From an uncultured Eubacteriales bacterium (GTDB taxonomy: Bacteria > Bacillota > Clostridia > Christensenellales > UMGS416): DNA of 64,000 nt. This document shows, in pieces, positions 26,464 through 36,422 of the stretch; the first letter of the stretch is position 1; each line of letters opens with the position of its first letter. A program made the translations under genes and the position numbers. The stretch lies in assembly GCA_900542005.1 (NCBI GenBank), contig UQLW01000010.1, forward strand, positions 6,179-70,178. The letters run 5' to 3'. A model generated the notes under the pieces. The model ran no database searches, was not told where the DNA came from, and saw only the letters and a program-made list of their open reading frames with translations.

Positions 26464-27231
26464 TCAGGATGGAAGATACCAGCCGCCGTCCCGGCGGCAA
26501 TAGAGCGGGCAGGGAGGCGGGCTGGCGGGCATGGCGGTACAGGCGCAGGCCAGCGGCCCTACGGCTGGAGGCAGCTTGGCCAGCGCGCCTGCAAGGGCGG
26601 CGCTTCCATCGGGCCCTGCGGCTACATACAGCGTACCATCCTCGCCCAGCACCGCCGCCCCCTGGGGCGCGGCGGCGTCATCAGCCCCGCAGGTGAGCTC
26701 GGCCAGCGCGCCCTCGGTGACAAGGGCTGTCCGCGGCAGGCCCAAAGCCAGAAGGATCTTCTCCTCCAGGGCGCGCATCAGCGCCTTATCCTCGGCGGTC
26801 TCGTGGTCGTATCCCAGCAGGTGCAGCATACCATGCACGGTCAAATAGGCCAGCTCCCGGGAGGGGCTGTGGCCGAATTGCTGCGCTTGGCGGTCCGCCG
26901 TGGGCATGGAGATGACAAGGTCGCCCAGCATGACCTCGCCGGTCAGCGGATCCTTTTCCAGCTGCAGGGCTTCGTCCTCCTCCCAGGGGTCGGCCCCCTG
27001 CTCGTAACCGTCGCCATAGTCGATCATGGGGAAGGAGAGCACATCGGTGGATCTGTCGATTCCCCGGAAGCGTTGGTTCAGCTGGCGGATGGCCTCATCA
27101 TCCACCAGCGTAAGGCCCACCTGGGCGTCGGAGACGCCGCCATGGAGAGCCAGGGTCGTCTCGACCGCCCGCTTAAGCAGCGCTTCGTCCACGGGGAAGG
27201 CCTGCTGCTCGTTATTGATCATAATGGTCAT
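26464..27231 (-). CDS. ybeY: Endoribonuclease YbeY with a C-terminal extension of about 90 aa
   Basis: The YbeY zinc motif HGMLHLLGYDH is present. The product is 255 aa, against about 150-165 aa for typical YbeY proteins. The start overlaps the pgpH-like stop (ATGA). Confidence 0.85.
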   Translation of the reverse strand: MTIMINNEQQAFPVDEALLKRAVETTLALHGGVSDAQVGLTLVDDEAIRQLNQRFRGIDRSTDVLSFPMIDYGDGYEQGADPWEEDEALQLEKDPLTGEVMLGDLVISMPTADRQAQQFGHSPSRELAYLTVHGMLHLLGYDHETAEDKALMRALEEKILLALGLPRTALVTEGALAELTCGADDAAAPQGAAVLGEDGTLYVAAGPDGSAALAGALAKLPPAVGPLACACTAMPASPPPCPLYCRRDGGWYLPS

Positions 27232-29420
27232 GCCTTTTGCTCCTTTTCCATGGGCGGATACTGGATCCGCTCATGATAGATGCCGCTGAGCACCGAAAGG
27301 AAGACCTGGGTAATATCCTCCAGCTGACCGAAGGTCAGGTCGCAATAATCCAGCTGGCCGTCCTCCCGCTTGCCCTTTATGATGCGGCGCACCATCTCCT
27401 CCATCCCCTGGGGCGTGTGCTTGGGCATGGAGCGCACCGCAGCCTCCACCGAATCGGCCAGCATGATGATGGCTTCCTCCTTGGTGGCCGGTACGGGCCC
27501 GGGATAGCGGAAATCAGCCTCCTGAACCGTGGCGGGATCCTCGGCCTCCTTTTGGGCTTTTACGTAGAAATAGGCGGCCAGCGTATCGCCATGGTGGCTG
27601 GCAATGATATCAACGACCTCCTTGGGCAGGCGGAATTTACGGGCCAGCTCCTGGCCGTCCAGCACATGGCTGACCAGGATGCGGGCCGACAGCGCGGCGT
27701 CGATCTGATCGTGGGGATTTTCTATCCCCACCTGATTCTCCTTGAAGAAATTCGGCCGACGCAGCTTGCCGATGTCGTGATACAGCGCGCCGCATCGGGC
27801 CAGCATGGGATTGGCCCCGACCTCCTCGGCGGCGGATTCAGCCAGGTTGCTGACCACCACCGAATGATGGTAGGTACCGGGCGCCTCCAGCAGCAGCTGG
27901 CGCAGCAGCGGCTGGTTGGGATTGGTCAGCTCCATTAGCTTCATAGGCGTCACCAGCCGGAAGAGGCCCTCCCACAGGGGGAAGGAGCCCAGCACAATGA
28001 CAGCCGAACCCAGGCCGTTCCCCAGGCAATACAGCGCGGTGGACAGCAGCCGGTTCTGCACGAAATCCATGATTTCCATACCCATCATCTGACAGATGCC
28101 AAAGACGGCCAGGCAAACGGCCGATACGGCGGCCCCGCAGAGCATGACCGTGCCGCGTTGGGCGCTGGTGGTCATCATGTTGATGGATAGGGTGCCCGAA
28201 AGCAGGGTGGCGGCCATGACCGGCAGGGCGTTGGCCGAGAGGGGGACGCCCGCCTCGCCGGCCAGCATCCCGGCGAAGATCGCCAGCAGCGCGTTCATGA
28301 CATAGGCTACCCTGCGGTTGAGCAGCATGGCGTAGAGGGTAGCGGCCACGGCCATGGGCATCAGCTGGTAGGAGACCTTGCGGCCCAGCCAGCACAGGGC
28401 GATGGAGAGCACCGCGACCATAACGAGCAGGGCATAACGGGGCAGGTCGTCCCACAGGGGACGCTCGAAGAGCACAAGATACATACCGCCCACAGCAAAA
28501 ACGATCACGATGAGCAAGATGATGCCCCAATACAGCGGCGCGTCGTTACGCTCCTCCTCCAGGATGCCCAGCGCGCTGAGCATGTCGTATTGGGCGGCCG
28601 AAATCACATCGCCCTTGCGCACGATGGACTGGCCGCTCATGATCATGACGGGCGCCACCTTATCGGCGGCCTGCTGCTTGGCGTTTTCCGTCGCCTCCTC
28701 ATCATAGATGAAGTTAGGCTGCACCAGCGCGCCGGCTACCTCGACCGCAACGCGCTGGGCGTCCTCCGTCAGCCCCCATTCCTCGCTTCGCAGCGCGCGG
28801 CCGATGAAGACAAGCTGTTCATTGAGCTGATCCTGCTTGATCCCGTTTTCCAGCGCGGTGTTGACCTGCTGCAGCGTTACCTCGCGCATGGTGTCAAAAT
28901 CCTCCTGGCGCATATCCAGCAGGGCTATCAGCGACTGATTGGAGAGGGAGACGCCCTGGATGGTTTCGTTGCAGGAGGCGAGGAACTCTGCGGTATAGTC
29001 CATGCTGGCGGTTGCGCTGCCCGGCAGGGAGGCCTGCTGCATCATGCGGGAGCGCTCCTGTTCGCCCAGGGCCCGTACCTGCTGCATCTGGTCAAAGCAG
29101 GTGTTCATCGCGCTCATCACGCTTTGGGTGATGGCGGTATCCTCGGAATAGCTCATGCCCACCGCCTCCCGGGCCGCCTCCCGGGCTGCCTCGGTTTTCG
29201 CAGTGTCCTCCACGGTGCGGGGCGCATAAATATCCTCGGTAGCCACCATGCCCTGCTCCACCGTGTGCCGCTGGGGGGTGATGACCGTCTCAATCATCAT
29301 GGCGTAGACCAAAAGCGCCGCTACAAACGCGATCAGCGCGCGGAAGAGCACACCGCTGGCCCGCCGCCAGCCGGCTAAAAAGCGCTGCCCCAAGACGGCC
29401 TTATTCTGCGCCTGTTCCAT
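27228..29420 (-). CDS. 7TM-HD membrane phosphohydrolase (PgpH/YqfF-like)
   Basis: A large extracytoplasmic N-domain is followed by about 7 TM helices and an HD domain (HSVVVSNLAE...LYHDIGK). I prefer the ATG at 29420, which has a GGAAGGA RBS. The track start at 29438 lacks an RBS. Confidence 0.85.
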   Translation of the reverse strand: MEQAQNKAVLGQRFLAGWRRASGVLFRALIAFVAALLVYAMMIETVITPQRHTVEQGMVATEDIYAPRTVEDTAKTEAAREAAREAVGMSYSEDTAITQSVMSAMNTCFDQMQQVRALGEQERSRMMQQASLPGSATASMDYTAEFLASCNETIQGVSLSNQSLIALLDMRQEDFDTMREVTLQQVNTALENGIKQDQLNEQLVFIGRALRSEEWGLTEDAQRVAVEVAGALVQPNFIYDEEATENAKQQAADKVAPVMIMSGQSIVRKGDVISAAQYDMLSALGILEEERNDAPLYWGIILLIVIVFAVGGMYLVLFERPLWDDLPRYALLVMVAVLSIALCWLGRKVSYQLMPMAVAATLYAMLLNRRVAYVMNALLAIFAGMLAGEAGVPLSANALPVMAATLLSGTLSINMMTTSAQRGTVMLCGAAVSAVCLAVFGICQMMGMEIMDFVQNRLLSTALYCLGNGLGSAVIVLGSFPLWEGLFRLVTPMKLMELTNPNQPLLRQLLLEAPGTYHHSVVVSNLAESAAEEVGANPMLARCGALYHDIGKLRRPNFFKENQVGIENPHDQIDAALSARILVSHVLDGQELARKFRLPKEVVDIIASHHGDTLAAYFYVKAQKEAEDPATVQEADFRYPGPVPATKEEAIIMLADSVEAAVRSMPKHTPQGMEEMVRRIIKGKREDGQLDYCDLTFGQLEDITQVFLSVLSGIYHERIQYPPMEKEQKA

Positions 29421-29655
29421 ACCCTCATCCTTCCTCATCCGGCCGGTATGCCGTTTTTTGCCTGTTTCCTAGGCGCCTAGGTGTATCTATCCAAATTATA
29501 CCCTTCTTCGGCTTTTCTGTATAGTGGCTGTTTTTCCTGAAAGGACGGGGATTTCACCGGATCGTGCCGTAGTGCGCACAGCGCCGGGCGGCAGCCGACA
29601 TCCGGGCCTTATGCGGCCCGTTTGCGCTGAAATCCCGTGAAAAACGCCATATCGC

Positions 29656-29684
29656 TTGACATTTTGCATGCAAACTATTATGGT
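29656..29684 (+). promoter_or_regulatory. Sigma-A promoter candidate upstream of the glycan island
   Basis: The elements are TTGACA (29656-29661), a 17-nt spacer and TATGGT (29679-29684). Confidence 0.3.
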
Positions 29685-29744
29685 ATACCCAAGAATAGGG
29701 CAAAATGGCAATGCGACCGTATGCCGGCCGGGCAATTTGAATTT

Positions 29745-29773
29745 TTGATAGTCAAGCCCCTGCGATCTATGCT
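29745..29773 (+). promoter_or_regulatory. Second sigma-A promoter candidate upstream of the glycan island
   Basis: The elements are TTGATA, a 17-nt spacer and TATGCT. A TATAAT also lies at 29773-29778 but with a spacer that is too long. Confidence 0.3.
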
Positions 29774-29957
29774 ATAATAATTGGGCTTCTGGCAGAATTC
29801 GGCGGCTTAGCCCCAGGGCGGCCATCCTGTTTTATCCTCAGGTTCCAAAGATTGCGATGCAAAATGCAATAGGCGGCGGAATAATCGCGCTTCTGCCCCC
29901 GTCTAACAAAGAGATGGGGACAGCCGGCCGCCCTGTGTCATAGGAGATACGCAGCAT

Positions 29958-31187
29958 ATGAATATCTGGTTGATCAACCATTATGCGGTTCCGCCGCAGT
30001 ATTATCCCCTGGCCAGGCAGACATACTTTGCCAAATACCTGATGGAAATGGGCCATTCGGTGACGATCTTCGCGGCCAGCACCGTTCATAACTCCAATCA
30101 GAACCTCATCACCGACGGCGCTCCTTATCGGGAGGAAACGGTGAACGGCGTCCATTATGTATATATACGCTGCCGGGACTATACGGGAAACGGCGTATCC
30201 CGAATATATAACATGATGGAGTTCGCCTGGAAGCTGCCCGGGGTTTGCAAGCGCTTCCCGCGCCCTGACGCGATTGTGGCAACTTCGATGCCGCCGGTAT
30301 CCTGCGCGGCGGGAATACGTATTGCCCGCAAGTACGGCTGCCGTGGTATAGCGGAGATTGCCGACCTCTGGCCGGAATCCATCGTCGCCTATGGGATCGC
30401 CGGAAAAAACAATCCGCTGGTTGTGCTGCTGCGGCGGCTGGAGAAATGGATCTATAAAAAGTCAGACGCCGTTGTGTTCACCATGGAGGGCGGCTACGAT
30501 TATATTATCGAACAGGGCTGGGAAAAAGAAATCTCCCGCTCGAAGGTTTTCCATATCAATAATGGAGTGGATTTGATATCGTTTTATAATAATCGCGAAA
30601 ATAATCGCATTCAGGATTCGGATTTATCAGATCCGCACACGTTTAAAGTAATTTACACAGGCTCAGTCCGGCATGTAAACAATCTGGGCTTACTGCTGGA
30701 GGCTGCTAAAAAAGTAAAAAACCGAAGGATCAAGTTTCTAATATGGGGAGATGGCGACGAGTTCTTGGGGTTGAAGAAGAAGGTTGAAGACGAAAAGATT
30801 GAAAATGTATGCTTCAAAGGAAAAGTAAATAAAGCTTGCATTCCCTATATCGTCAGCTGTGCCGATTTAAATATTGTGCATAACACCCCGACGAAGCTAT
30901 TAAGATTTGGTATCAGCATGAACAAGATTTTTGACTATTTTGCCGCGGGTAAACCGATGGTAGTCGATTTCCCTTGCCGGTACAATCCTGTAATACAATA
31001 TCAGGCCGGTATCATGGTGGAAGACCCTGAAGCATCAAATATCGCGGCTGCTATAGAATCCTTTGCCAGTATGGACAAATCAGAATATGATACATATTGC
31101 GATCATTCGTTGGCTGCGGCCCATGAATATGACTTCAAACGGCTTACGCAGAAACTCATGGACGTAATAGAAGGCAGGCGGGAGTAG
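29958..31187 (+). CDS. Glycosyltransferase family 4 (WbuB-like)
   Basis: The N-terminus MNIWLINHYAVPPQYYPLARQTYFAKYL is typical of WbuB-type GT4 enzymes. The gene is AT-richer than the backbone. Confidence 0.8.
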   Translation: MNIWLINHYAVPPQYYPLARQTYFAKYLMEMGHSVTIFAASTVHNSNQNLITDGAPYREETVNGVHYVYIRCRDYTGNGVSRIYNMMEFAWKLPGVCKRFPRPDAIVATSMPPVSCAAGIRIARKYGCRGIAEIADLWPESIVAYGIAGKNNPLVVLLRRLEKWIYKKSDAVVFTMEGGYDYIIEQGWEKEISRSKVFHINNGVDLISFYNNRENNRIQDSDLSDPHTFKVIYTGSVRHVNNLGLLLEAAKKVKNRRIKFLIWGDGDEFLGLKKKVEDEKIENVCFKGKVNKACIPYIVSCADLNIVHNTPTKLLRFGISMNKIFDYFAAGKPMVVDFPCRYNPVIQYQAGIMVEDPEASNIAAAIESFASMDKSEYDTYCDHSLAAAHEYDFKRLTQKLMDVIEGRRE

Positions 31188-32321
31188 ATGAGTATGCAAT
31201 TTATTGATTTAAAGGCGCAGTACCGTGCGCTGAAGGATGAGATTGACGCCGGTATCCAACAGGTACTGGATGCCGCGCAGTTTATCAGCGGGCCCCAGGT
31301 CAAGGAGCTGGAGGGTGAGCTAGCGGCCTTTGTGGGCCGGAAGCATTGTGTCAGCTGCGGCAACGGCACCGACGCGCTGCAGATCGCCTATATGGTCTAC
31401 GGCATAGGCCCGGGCGACGCGGTATTCTGCCCGGATATCACCTTTGTTTCCTCCACAGAGCCGGCCAAGATGTTTGGCGCTACGCCGGTATTCTGCGATA
31501 TTACGCCGGATACCTACACGCTTTGCCCCCAGAGCCTGGAGGCCCAGATCAAGGCGGTACTGGCGGAGGGCAAACTGACGCCCAAGGCGGTGGTGGCTGT
31601 AGACATCCTGGGCAATCCCTGCGACTACGACGCCATCGTGCCGCTGTGCGAGAAATATGGCCTAGTCCTCATTGAGGACGCGGCGCAGAGCTTTGGCGCC
31701 AGCTATAAGGGCAAGCGCTGCTTAAGCTTCGGGCAGATCGCCATCGCCTCCTTTTTCCCGGCCAAGCCCTTGGGGTGCTATGGCGACGGCGGCGCCGTCT
31801 TTACCGATGACGATGAGATTGCCGATATCTGCCGGTCCATCTGCGTGCACGGCAAGGGCCCCGGCGGCAAATATAACAATATCCGGGTGGGCATGAATTC
31901 CCGGCTGGATACGCTCCAGGCGGCGATTCTGCTGCCCAAGCTGAAGGCTTTGAAGGACTATGAGATCGAGGCGCGCCAGCAGGTGGCTAAGCGGTATAAC
32001 GAGGCCTTTGCCGGACGCTTTACCGTGCCCTATGTGGCGGAAGGCTGCGTATCCGTTTACGCGCAGTACGCCATACTGGCGCCGGATACCGCCACGCGGG
32101 ACCGGGTCATTGCCCATCTGAAGGAAAAGGGCATTCCCAACATGATCTATTACCCCACGCCGCAGCATGCGCTGCCGGTGTTTCAGGATGAACCCCGCTA
32201 TGGGGAGCGCTATACCCATGCCGACGATTATTGCGCGCGGACGCTTTCGCTGCCCATGCATCCTTATATGGAGGCGGATGACCAGCAGAGGGTCATCGAC
32301 GCCGTGCTGGAGGCCTTGTAA
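31188..32321 (+). CDS. DegT/DnrJ/EryC1-family sugar aminotransferase (WbpE-like)
   Basis: The N-terminus MQFIDLKAQY, the sequence FISGPQVKELE and the SFFPAKPLGCYGDGGA region carrying the PLP lysine are present. Confidence 0.85.
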   Translation: MSMQFIDLKAQYRALKDEIDAGIQQVLDAAQFISGPQVKELEGELAAFVGRKHCVSCGNGTDALQIAYMVYGIGPGDAVFCPDITFVSSTEPAKMFGATPVFCDITPDTYTLCPQSLEAQIKAVLAEGKLTPKAVVAVDILGNPCDYDAIVPLCEKYGLVLIEDAAQSFGASYKGKRCLSFGQIAIASFFPAKPLGCYGDGGAVFTDDDEIADICRSICVHGKGPGGKYNNIRVGMNSRLDTLQAAILLPKLKALKDYEIEARQQVAKRYNEAFAGRFTVPYVAEGCVSVYAQYAILAPDTATRDRVIAHLKEKGIPNMIYYPTPQHALPVFQDEPRYGERYTHADDYCARTLSLPMHPYMEADDQQRVIDAVLEAL

Positions 32322-32902
32322 TGGACAAGGCCTATTTCGTGCATGAATCCAGCTATGTGGACGAGGGCTGCGAGATTGGGGCTGAGACCAAGATCTGGCA
32401 CTTCTCCCATATCATGAAGGGCTGCATCATCGGGAAAGGGTGCAATATTGGCCAGAATGTGGTCATCTCGCCGGGGGTGGTCCTGGGTGACGGGGTTAAG
32501 ATCCAGAACAACGTCTCGGTCTATACCGGGGTGATCTGCGAGGATGGCGTTTTCCTGGGGCCCTCCTGCGTCTTTACCAATGTGATCAACCCCAGAGCCT
32601 TTATTGAACGCAAAAGCGAATACCGCAGGACGGTGATCCATAAAGGCGCCAGCATCGGGGCGAACGCCACCATCGTCTGTGGACATGATATTGGGCGCTA
32701 TGCCCTGGTGGGCGCCGGGTCTGTTGTAACCCGGGATGTCCCGGATTACGCTATGGTTTACGGCGTCCCGGCCAAGGTTCGCGGCTATGTCTGCCAGTGC
32801 GGCGAACAGATTGCCTTTTCAGAGGGGCAGGCGGCTTGCTCCGCCTGCGGAAAAACATATAAGATGGATGAAAACTTGCAAATAAAGGAGTGCGAAGGAT
32901 AA
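32321..32902 (+). CDS. Hexapeptide-repeat N-acetyltransferase (WbpD/WlbB-like)
   Basis: Left-handed beta-helix repeats are present (IGKGCNIGQNVVISPGVVLGDGVKIQNNVSVY...). The start overlaps the upstream stop (TAATG). Confidence 0.8.
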   Translation: MDKAYFVHESSYVDEGCEIGAETKIWHFSHIMKGCIIGKGCNIGQNVVISPGVVLGDGVKIQNNVSVYTGVICEDGVFLGPSCVFTNVINPRAFIERKSEYRRTVIHKGASIGANATIVCGHDIGRYALVGAGSVVTRDVPDYAMVYGVPAKVRGYVCQCGEQIAFSEGQAACSACGKTYKMDENLQIKECEG

Positions 32903-32905
32903 ACC

Positions 32906-34225
32906 ATGAGCATGAAGGAAGAGCTGATTGCCAAGATTCAAAATAAGACGCTGCGGATGGGCGTGTGCGGCCTGGGCTATGTGGGTCTGCCCCTGGCGGT
33001 GGACAAGGCGAAGCACGGCTTTAAGACCGTAGGCTTCGACGTGCAGCAGAGCAAGGTGGACATGGTCAACGCGGGCGAGAACTATATCGGCGACGTGGTG
33101 GATTCGGATCTCAAGGAGCTGGTAGATTCCGGCATGCTGCGGGCCACCACGGACTTTTCCCAGATCTGCGACGTGGACTTTATTGCCATCTGCGTACCGA
33201 CCCCGCTGGATGCGCACCAGCAGCCGGACATCAGCTATGTGCGCGATTCAACGGTGGCCATCTCCAAGTATTTGAAGAAGGGTACCATGGTGGTGCTGGA
33301 ATCCACCACCTATCCGGGTACCACCGAGGAGCTGCTTAAGCCCATCCTGGAGGAGGGCAGCGGCCTTACCTGCGGCGAGGATTTCTATCTGGGCTTTTCC
33401 CCGGAACGGGTCGATCCCGGTAACCAGATCTATAAGACCAGCAACACGCCCAAGGTAGTGGGCGCGATCGGGGCTGACGCCGCCGAGGTAATTTCCATGG
33501 TTTATTCGGCCATCCTGGATGGCGCGATCCATACCGTGTCCTCCCCGGCTGTGGCGGAGATGGAGAAAATCCTCGAGAATACCTACCGCAACATCAATAT
33601 TGGCCTGGTCAATGAGCTGGCCATCCTGTGCAACCGTATGGGGATCAACATCTGGGAGGTCATCGACGCGGCCAAGACTAAGCCCTACGGCTTCCAGGCC
33701 TTCTACCCCGGCCCGGGGCTGGGCGGCCACTGCATCCCGCTGGATCCCTATTATCTGAGCTGGAAAGCCCGGGAGTACGGCTTCCACACCTCGATGATCG
33801 AGTCCTCCATGATGATCAACGACCGGATGCCGGAATATACCGTGGAGCGTGCGGGCAAGATCCTGAACCGCTACAAGAAGGCTTTGAACGGCAGCAAGGT
33901 GCTGGTGCTGGGCGTGGCCTATAAGCAGGACATCGACGACTACCGGGAGAGCCCGGCGATCCGTGTCATTGAGGAGTTTGAAAAGACCGGCGCCCAGGTC
34001 AGCTACTATGACCCCTTTGTGCCCAAGTACCGCCATAACGGACAGTGGCACGAGGGTCTCGCGGCCATTGATCCGGAAGTGATCGCCCAGTACGACCTGG
34101 TAGCCATCACCACCGCCCATACCACCGTAGACTATCCGATGGTGGCTGGCGCCGGCGTGCCGGTGTTTGATTGCAAGAACGTCATGAAAAACATCCAAAA
34201 CCGCGAGAATATCGAGGTATTGTAA
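32906..34225 (+). CDS. UDP-N-acetyl-hexosamine 6-dehydrogenase (WbpA/WecC family)
   Basis: The Rossmann motif GVCGLGYVGLPLAV and the catalytic region GGHCIPLDPYYL are present. The product is 439 aa. Confidence 0.85.
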   Translation: MSMKEELIAKIQNKTLRMGVCGLGYVGLPLAVDKAKHGFKTVGFDVQQSKVDMVNAGENYIGDVVDSDLKELVDSGMLRATTDFSQICDVDFIAICVPTPLDAHQQPDISYVRDSTVAISKYLKKGTMVVLESTTYPGTTEELLKPILEEGSGLTCGEDFYLGFSPERVDPGNQIYKTSNTPKVVGAIGADAAEVISMVYSAILDGAIHTVSSPAVAEMEKILENTYRNINIGLVNELAILCNRMGINIWEVIDAAKTKPYGFQAFYPGPGLGGHCIPLDPYYLSWKAREYGFHTSMIESSMMINDRMPEYTVERAGKILNRYKKALNGSKVLVLGVAYKQDIDDYRESPAIRVIEEFEKTGAQVSYYDPFVPKYRHNGQWHEGLAAIDPEVIAQYDLVAITTAHTTVDYPMVAGAGVPVFDCKNVMKNIQNRENIEVL

Positions 34226-35307
34226 TGAAAAAAATCTGCTCCGTGGTGGGGGCCCGTCCGCAGTTTATCAAGCTGGCGGTGGTTTCCCGGCAGCTGCGCA
34301 GGCGGTTTCACGAGGTCATTATTCACACCGGACAGCATTATGATCCCAATATGTCCGACGTGTTCTTTGAAGAGATGGATATTCCTAAGCCGGACTATAA
34401 CCTCGGCATTTCCGGCGGCACCCATGGCCAGATGACCGGCCAGATGCTGATGAAGATCGAGGAGGTTTTGCTGAAGGAGCAGCCCGATATGGTGCTGCTC
34501 TTCGGCGATACCAATTCCACCATGGCGGCCGCGCTGGCGGCGGTGAAGCTGCATATCCCCATCTGCCATGTGGAAGCGGGCAACCGCTTCGGCACGCTGG
34601 AAAGCCCGGAGGAGGTTAACCGCACTGTAACGGACCATGTGTCCACCATCAATTTACCCTGCACCCAGTCGAGCATGGAGTTCCTTCAGCGGGAGGGGCT
34701 GGGCCATACCGCCGCGGTGGTGGGCGATCCCATGTACGACGCCTTTTGTTATTATACCCAGCGGCTGGACGGGTCGGAGCTGAAGGAGATCACCGATTTT
34801 GACGGCTGCCCGGTAAGCCTTCCGGAGGATTTTTATTACATGACCTGCCACCGGCAGGAGAATACCGATACAGACGAGAAATTACGAGAAATCCTCTCGG
34901 CGATGAACAGCCTGGACGCGCCGGCCGTGTATCCGGTGCACCCCAGAAACCATGCCCGGGCGCGGCGGCTTTGCCAGGAGGCAGGTTTCCGTAATATTAT
35001 GCTGACCCTCCCCGTGGGCTATCAGAGCTCCATCTCCCTGGTAAACCGCGCCAAGAAGATCGTCACCGATTCCGGCGGCGTGCAGCGCGAGGCTTTCTTT
35101 GCAAAAAAGCCCTGTGTGACGGTGCTGGACTTCGTGGTGTGGCCGGAAACCATGGCCAATGGCTGCAACCAGCTGGCCAAGCCGGACAAAGAGGACATCC
35201 TGGCCAAGCTGGCCGCGCCCATCGCCTTTGATCCAGCGTATCAGCCCTTTGGCGATGGCCACTCAGCGGAACGGATCGTGGAGAAGATCCAGGAGTATCT
35301 TGCATGA
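34225..35307 (+). CDS. UDP-sugar 2-epimerase, non-hydrolysing (WbpI/WecB family)
   Basis: The translation reads MKKICSVVGARPQFIKLAVV...HTGQHYDPNMSDVFF. The start overlaps the upstream stop by 1 nt. Confidence 0.85.
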   Translation: MKKICSVVGARPQFIKLAVVSRQLRRRFHEVIIHTGQHYDPNMSDVFFEEMDIPKPDYNLGISGGTHGQMTGQMLMKIEEVLLKEQPDMVLLFGDTNSTMAAALAAVKLHIPICHVEAGNRFGTLESPEEVNRTVTDHVSTINLPCTQSSMEFLQREGLGHTAAVVGDPMYDAFCYYTQRLDGSELKEITDFDGCPVSLPEDFYYMTCHRQENTDTDEKLREILSAMNSLDAPAVYPVHPRNHARARRLCQEAGFRNIMLTLPVGYQSSISLVNRAKKIVTDSGGVQREAFFAKKPCVTVLDFVVWPETMANGCNQLAKPDKEDILAKLAAPIAFDPAYQPFGDGHSAERIVEKIQEYLA

Positions 35308-36410
35308 CAAAAGTATGCCATATTACCTGTGTGCATTCTAAAGAGGATGTGCGGATTTTTTGGAAGGAGTGCTGTTCTCTAGCTCAGGCAGGGTATGACG
35401 TTTCGCTGGTACAGCAGGGTGAAAGCTATGAAAAGAATGGAGTCCATATTATGGGCTTCGGTGCGATTGCATCTAACCGGGTTCGGCGGATGCTGCAAAC
35501 GGCGCGGCAAGCATACAAAAAAGCTATAGAGCTGGATGCGGATATTTATCATCTGCACGACCCGGAGCTTCTGCCTTATGCTACGAGGCTAAAGCGTAAG
35601 GGCAAAAAGGTTATCTTTGACAGCCATGAGCATACAGCCGAGTCAATACTGGAGAAGGAATATCTGCCTTCTTCCATAAGGCGCCTGATCTATAAAGCCT
35701 TTGTAGCCTATCAGTCGTATGTTTGCCGGAGGCTGGATGGGATTATATCGGTAACGCCTAACATTGTCGAATTTTTTCGGAGGATCAATCCCAGAACGGT
35801 TCAAATAGCCAATTACCCGATATATCAGGAGGACATTCAGTATCCAAACTTTCAGGAGCGCAAAATCGTCTTTGCCGGGGGTATTTCTAAACAATGGAAC
35901 CATCATACGATTATTCAAGCGCTGGAGAAGCTACCAGATAGTCATTATTGCCTCTGCGGAATAGCAGATTCGGGATATATGCAGCAGCTGGAAGCGCTAC
36001 CAGGCTGGAAGCAGGTGGATTACCTTGGGAAGATCCCTCATCAAGAGGTCGCCGGGAAGATGGCGGGCTGTTCTGTTGGTATGGCGCTGCTTTCGCCTGG
36101 CCGTAATACAGACTGGCAGAATGGGACCATTGGCAATACTAAAATCTTTGAGGAAATGATGGCAGCCCTTCCAGTAATATGTACGGATTTTGTGCTGTGG
36201 AAGGATTTTGTAGAGCGCTATGCATGCGGATTTTGTATAAATCCTGAGGACGTCGACGCTATTGCTGAAAAGGTACAATATTTGCTGGATCATCCTCAAG
36301 AGGCAAAGAGGATGGGGGAAAACGGTCGAAATGCAGTACGGGAATCGTTTAACTGGGGGAAGGAAGAGAGCAAACTATTTGCTTTTTATGAAGATATCCT
36401 GAAGAATTGA
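35304..36410 (+). CDS. Glycosyltransferase family 4
   Basis: The GT-B layout is present, with a C-terminal E-x7-E-like region (NTKIFEEMMAALPVICTD). The gene is AT-rich, and its ATGA overlaps the upstream stop. Confidence 0.8.
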   Translation: MTKVCHITCVHSKEDVRIFWKECCSLAQAGYDVSLVQQGESYEKNGVHIMGFGAIASNRVRRMLQTARQAYKKAIELDADIYHLHDPELLPYATRLKRKGKKVIFDSHEHTAESILEKEYLPSSIRRLIYKAFVAYQSYVCRRLDGIISVTPNIVEFFRRINPRTVQIANYPIYQEDIQYPNFQERKIVFAGGISKQWNHHTIIQALEKLPDSHYCLCGIADSGYMQQLEALPGWKQVDYLGKIPHQEVAGKMAGCSVGMALLSPGRNTDWQNGTIGNTKIFEEMMAALPVICTDFVLWKDFVERYACGFCINPEDVDAIAEKVQYLLDHPQEAKRMGENGRNAVRESFNWGKEESKLFAFYEDILKN

Positions 36411-36422
36411 GGAGAAAATGAG

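Noticed and set aside
25714-27276. This is a 520-aa plus-strand ORF.
   Set aside because: It is antisense to era and ybeY, whose identities are unambiguous.
29496-30155. These are two minus-strand ORFs (79 aa and 105 aa) in the leader and 5' end of the glycan island.
   Set aside because: There is no RBS. The second is antisense to the GT4 gene start, and the first lies in the promoter/leader region.
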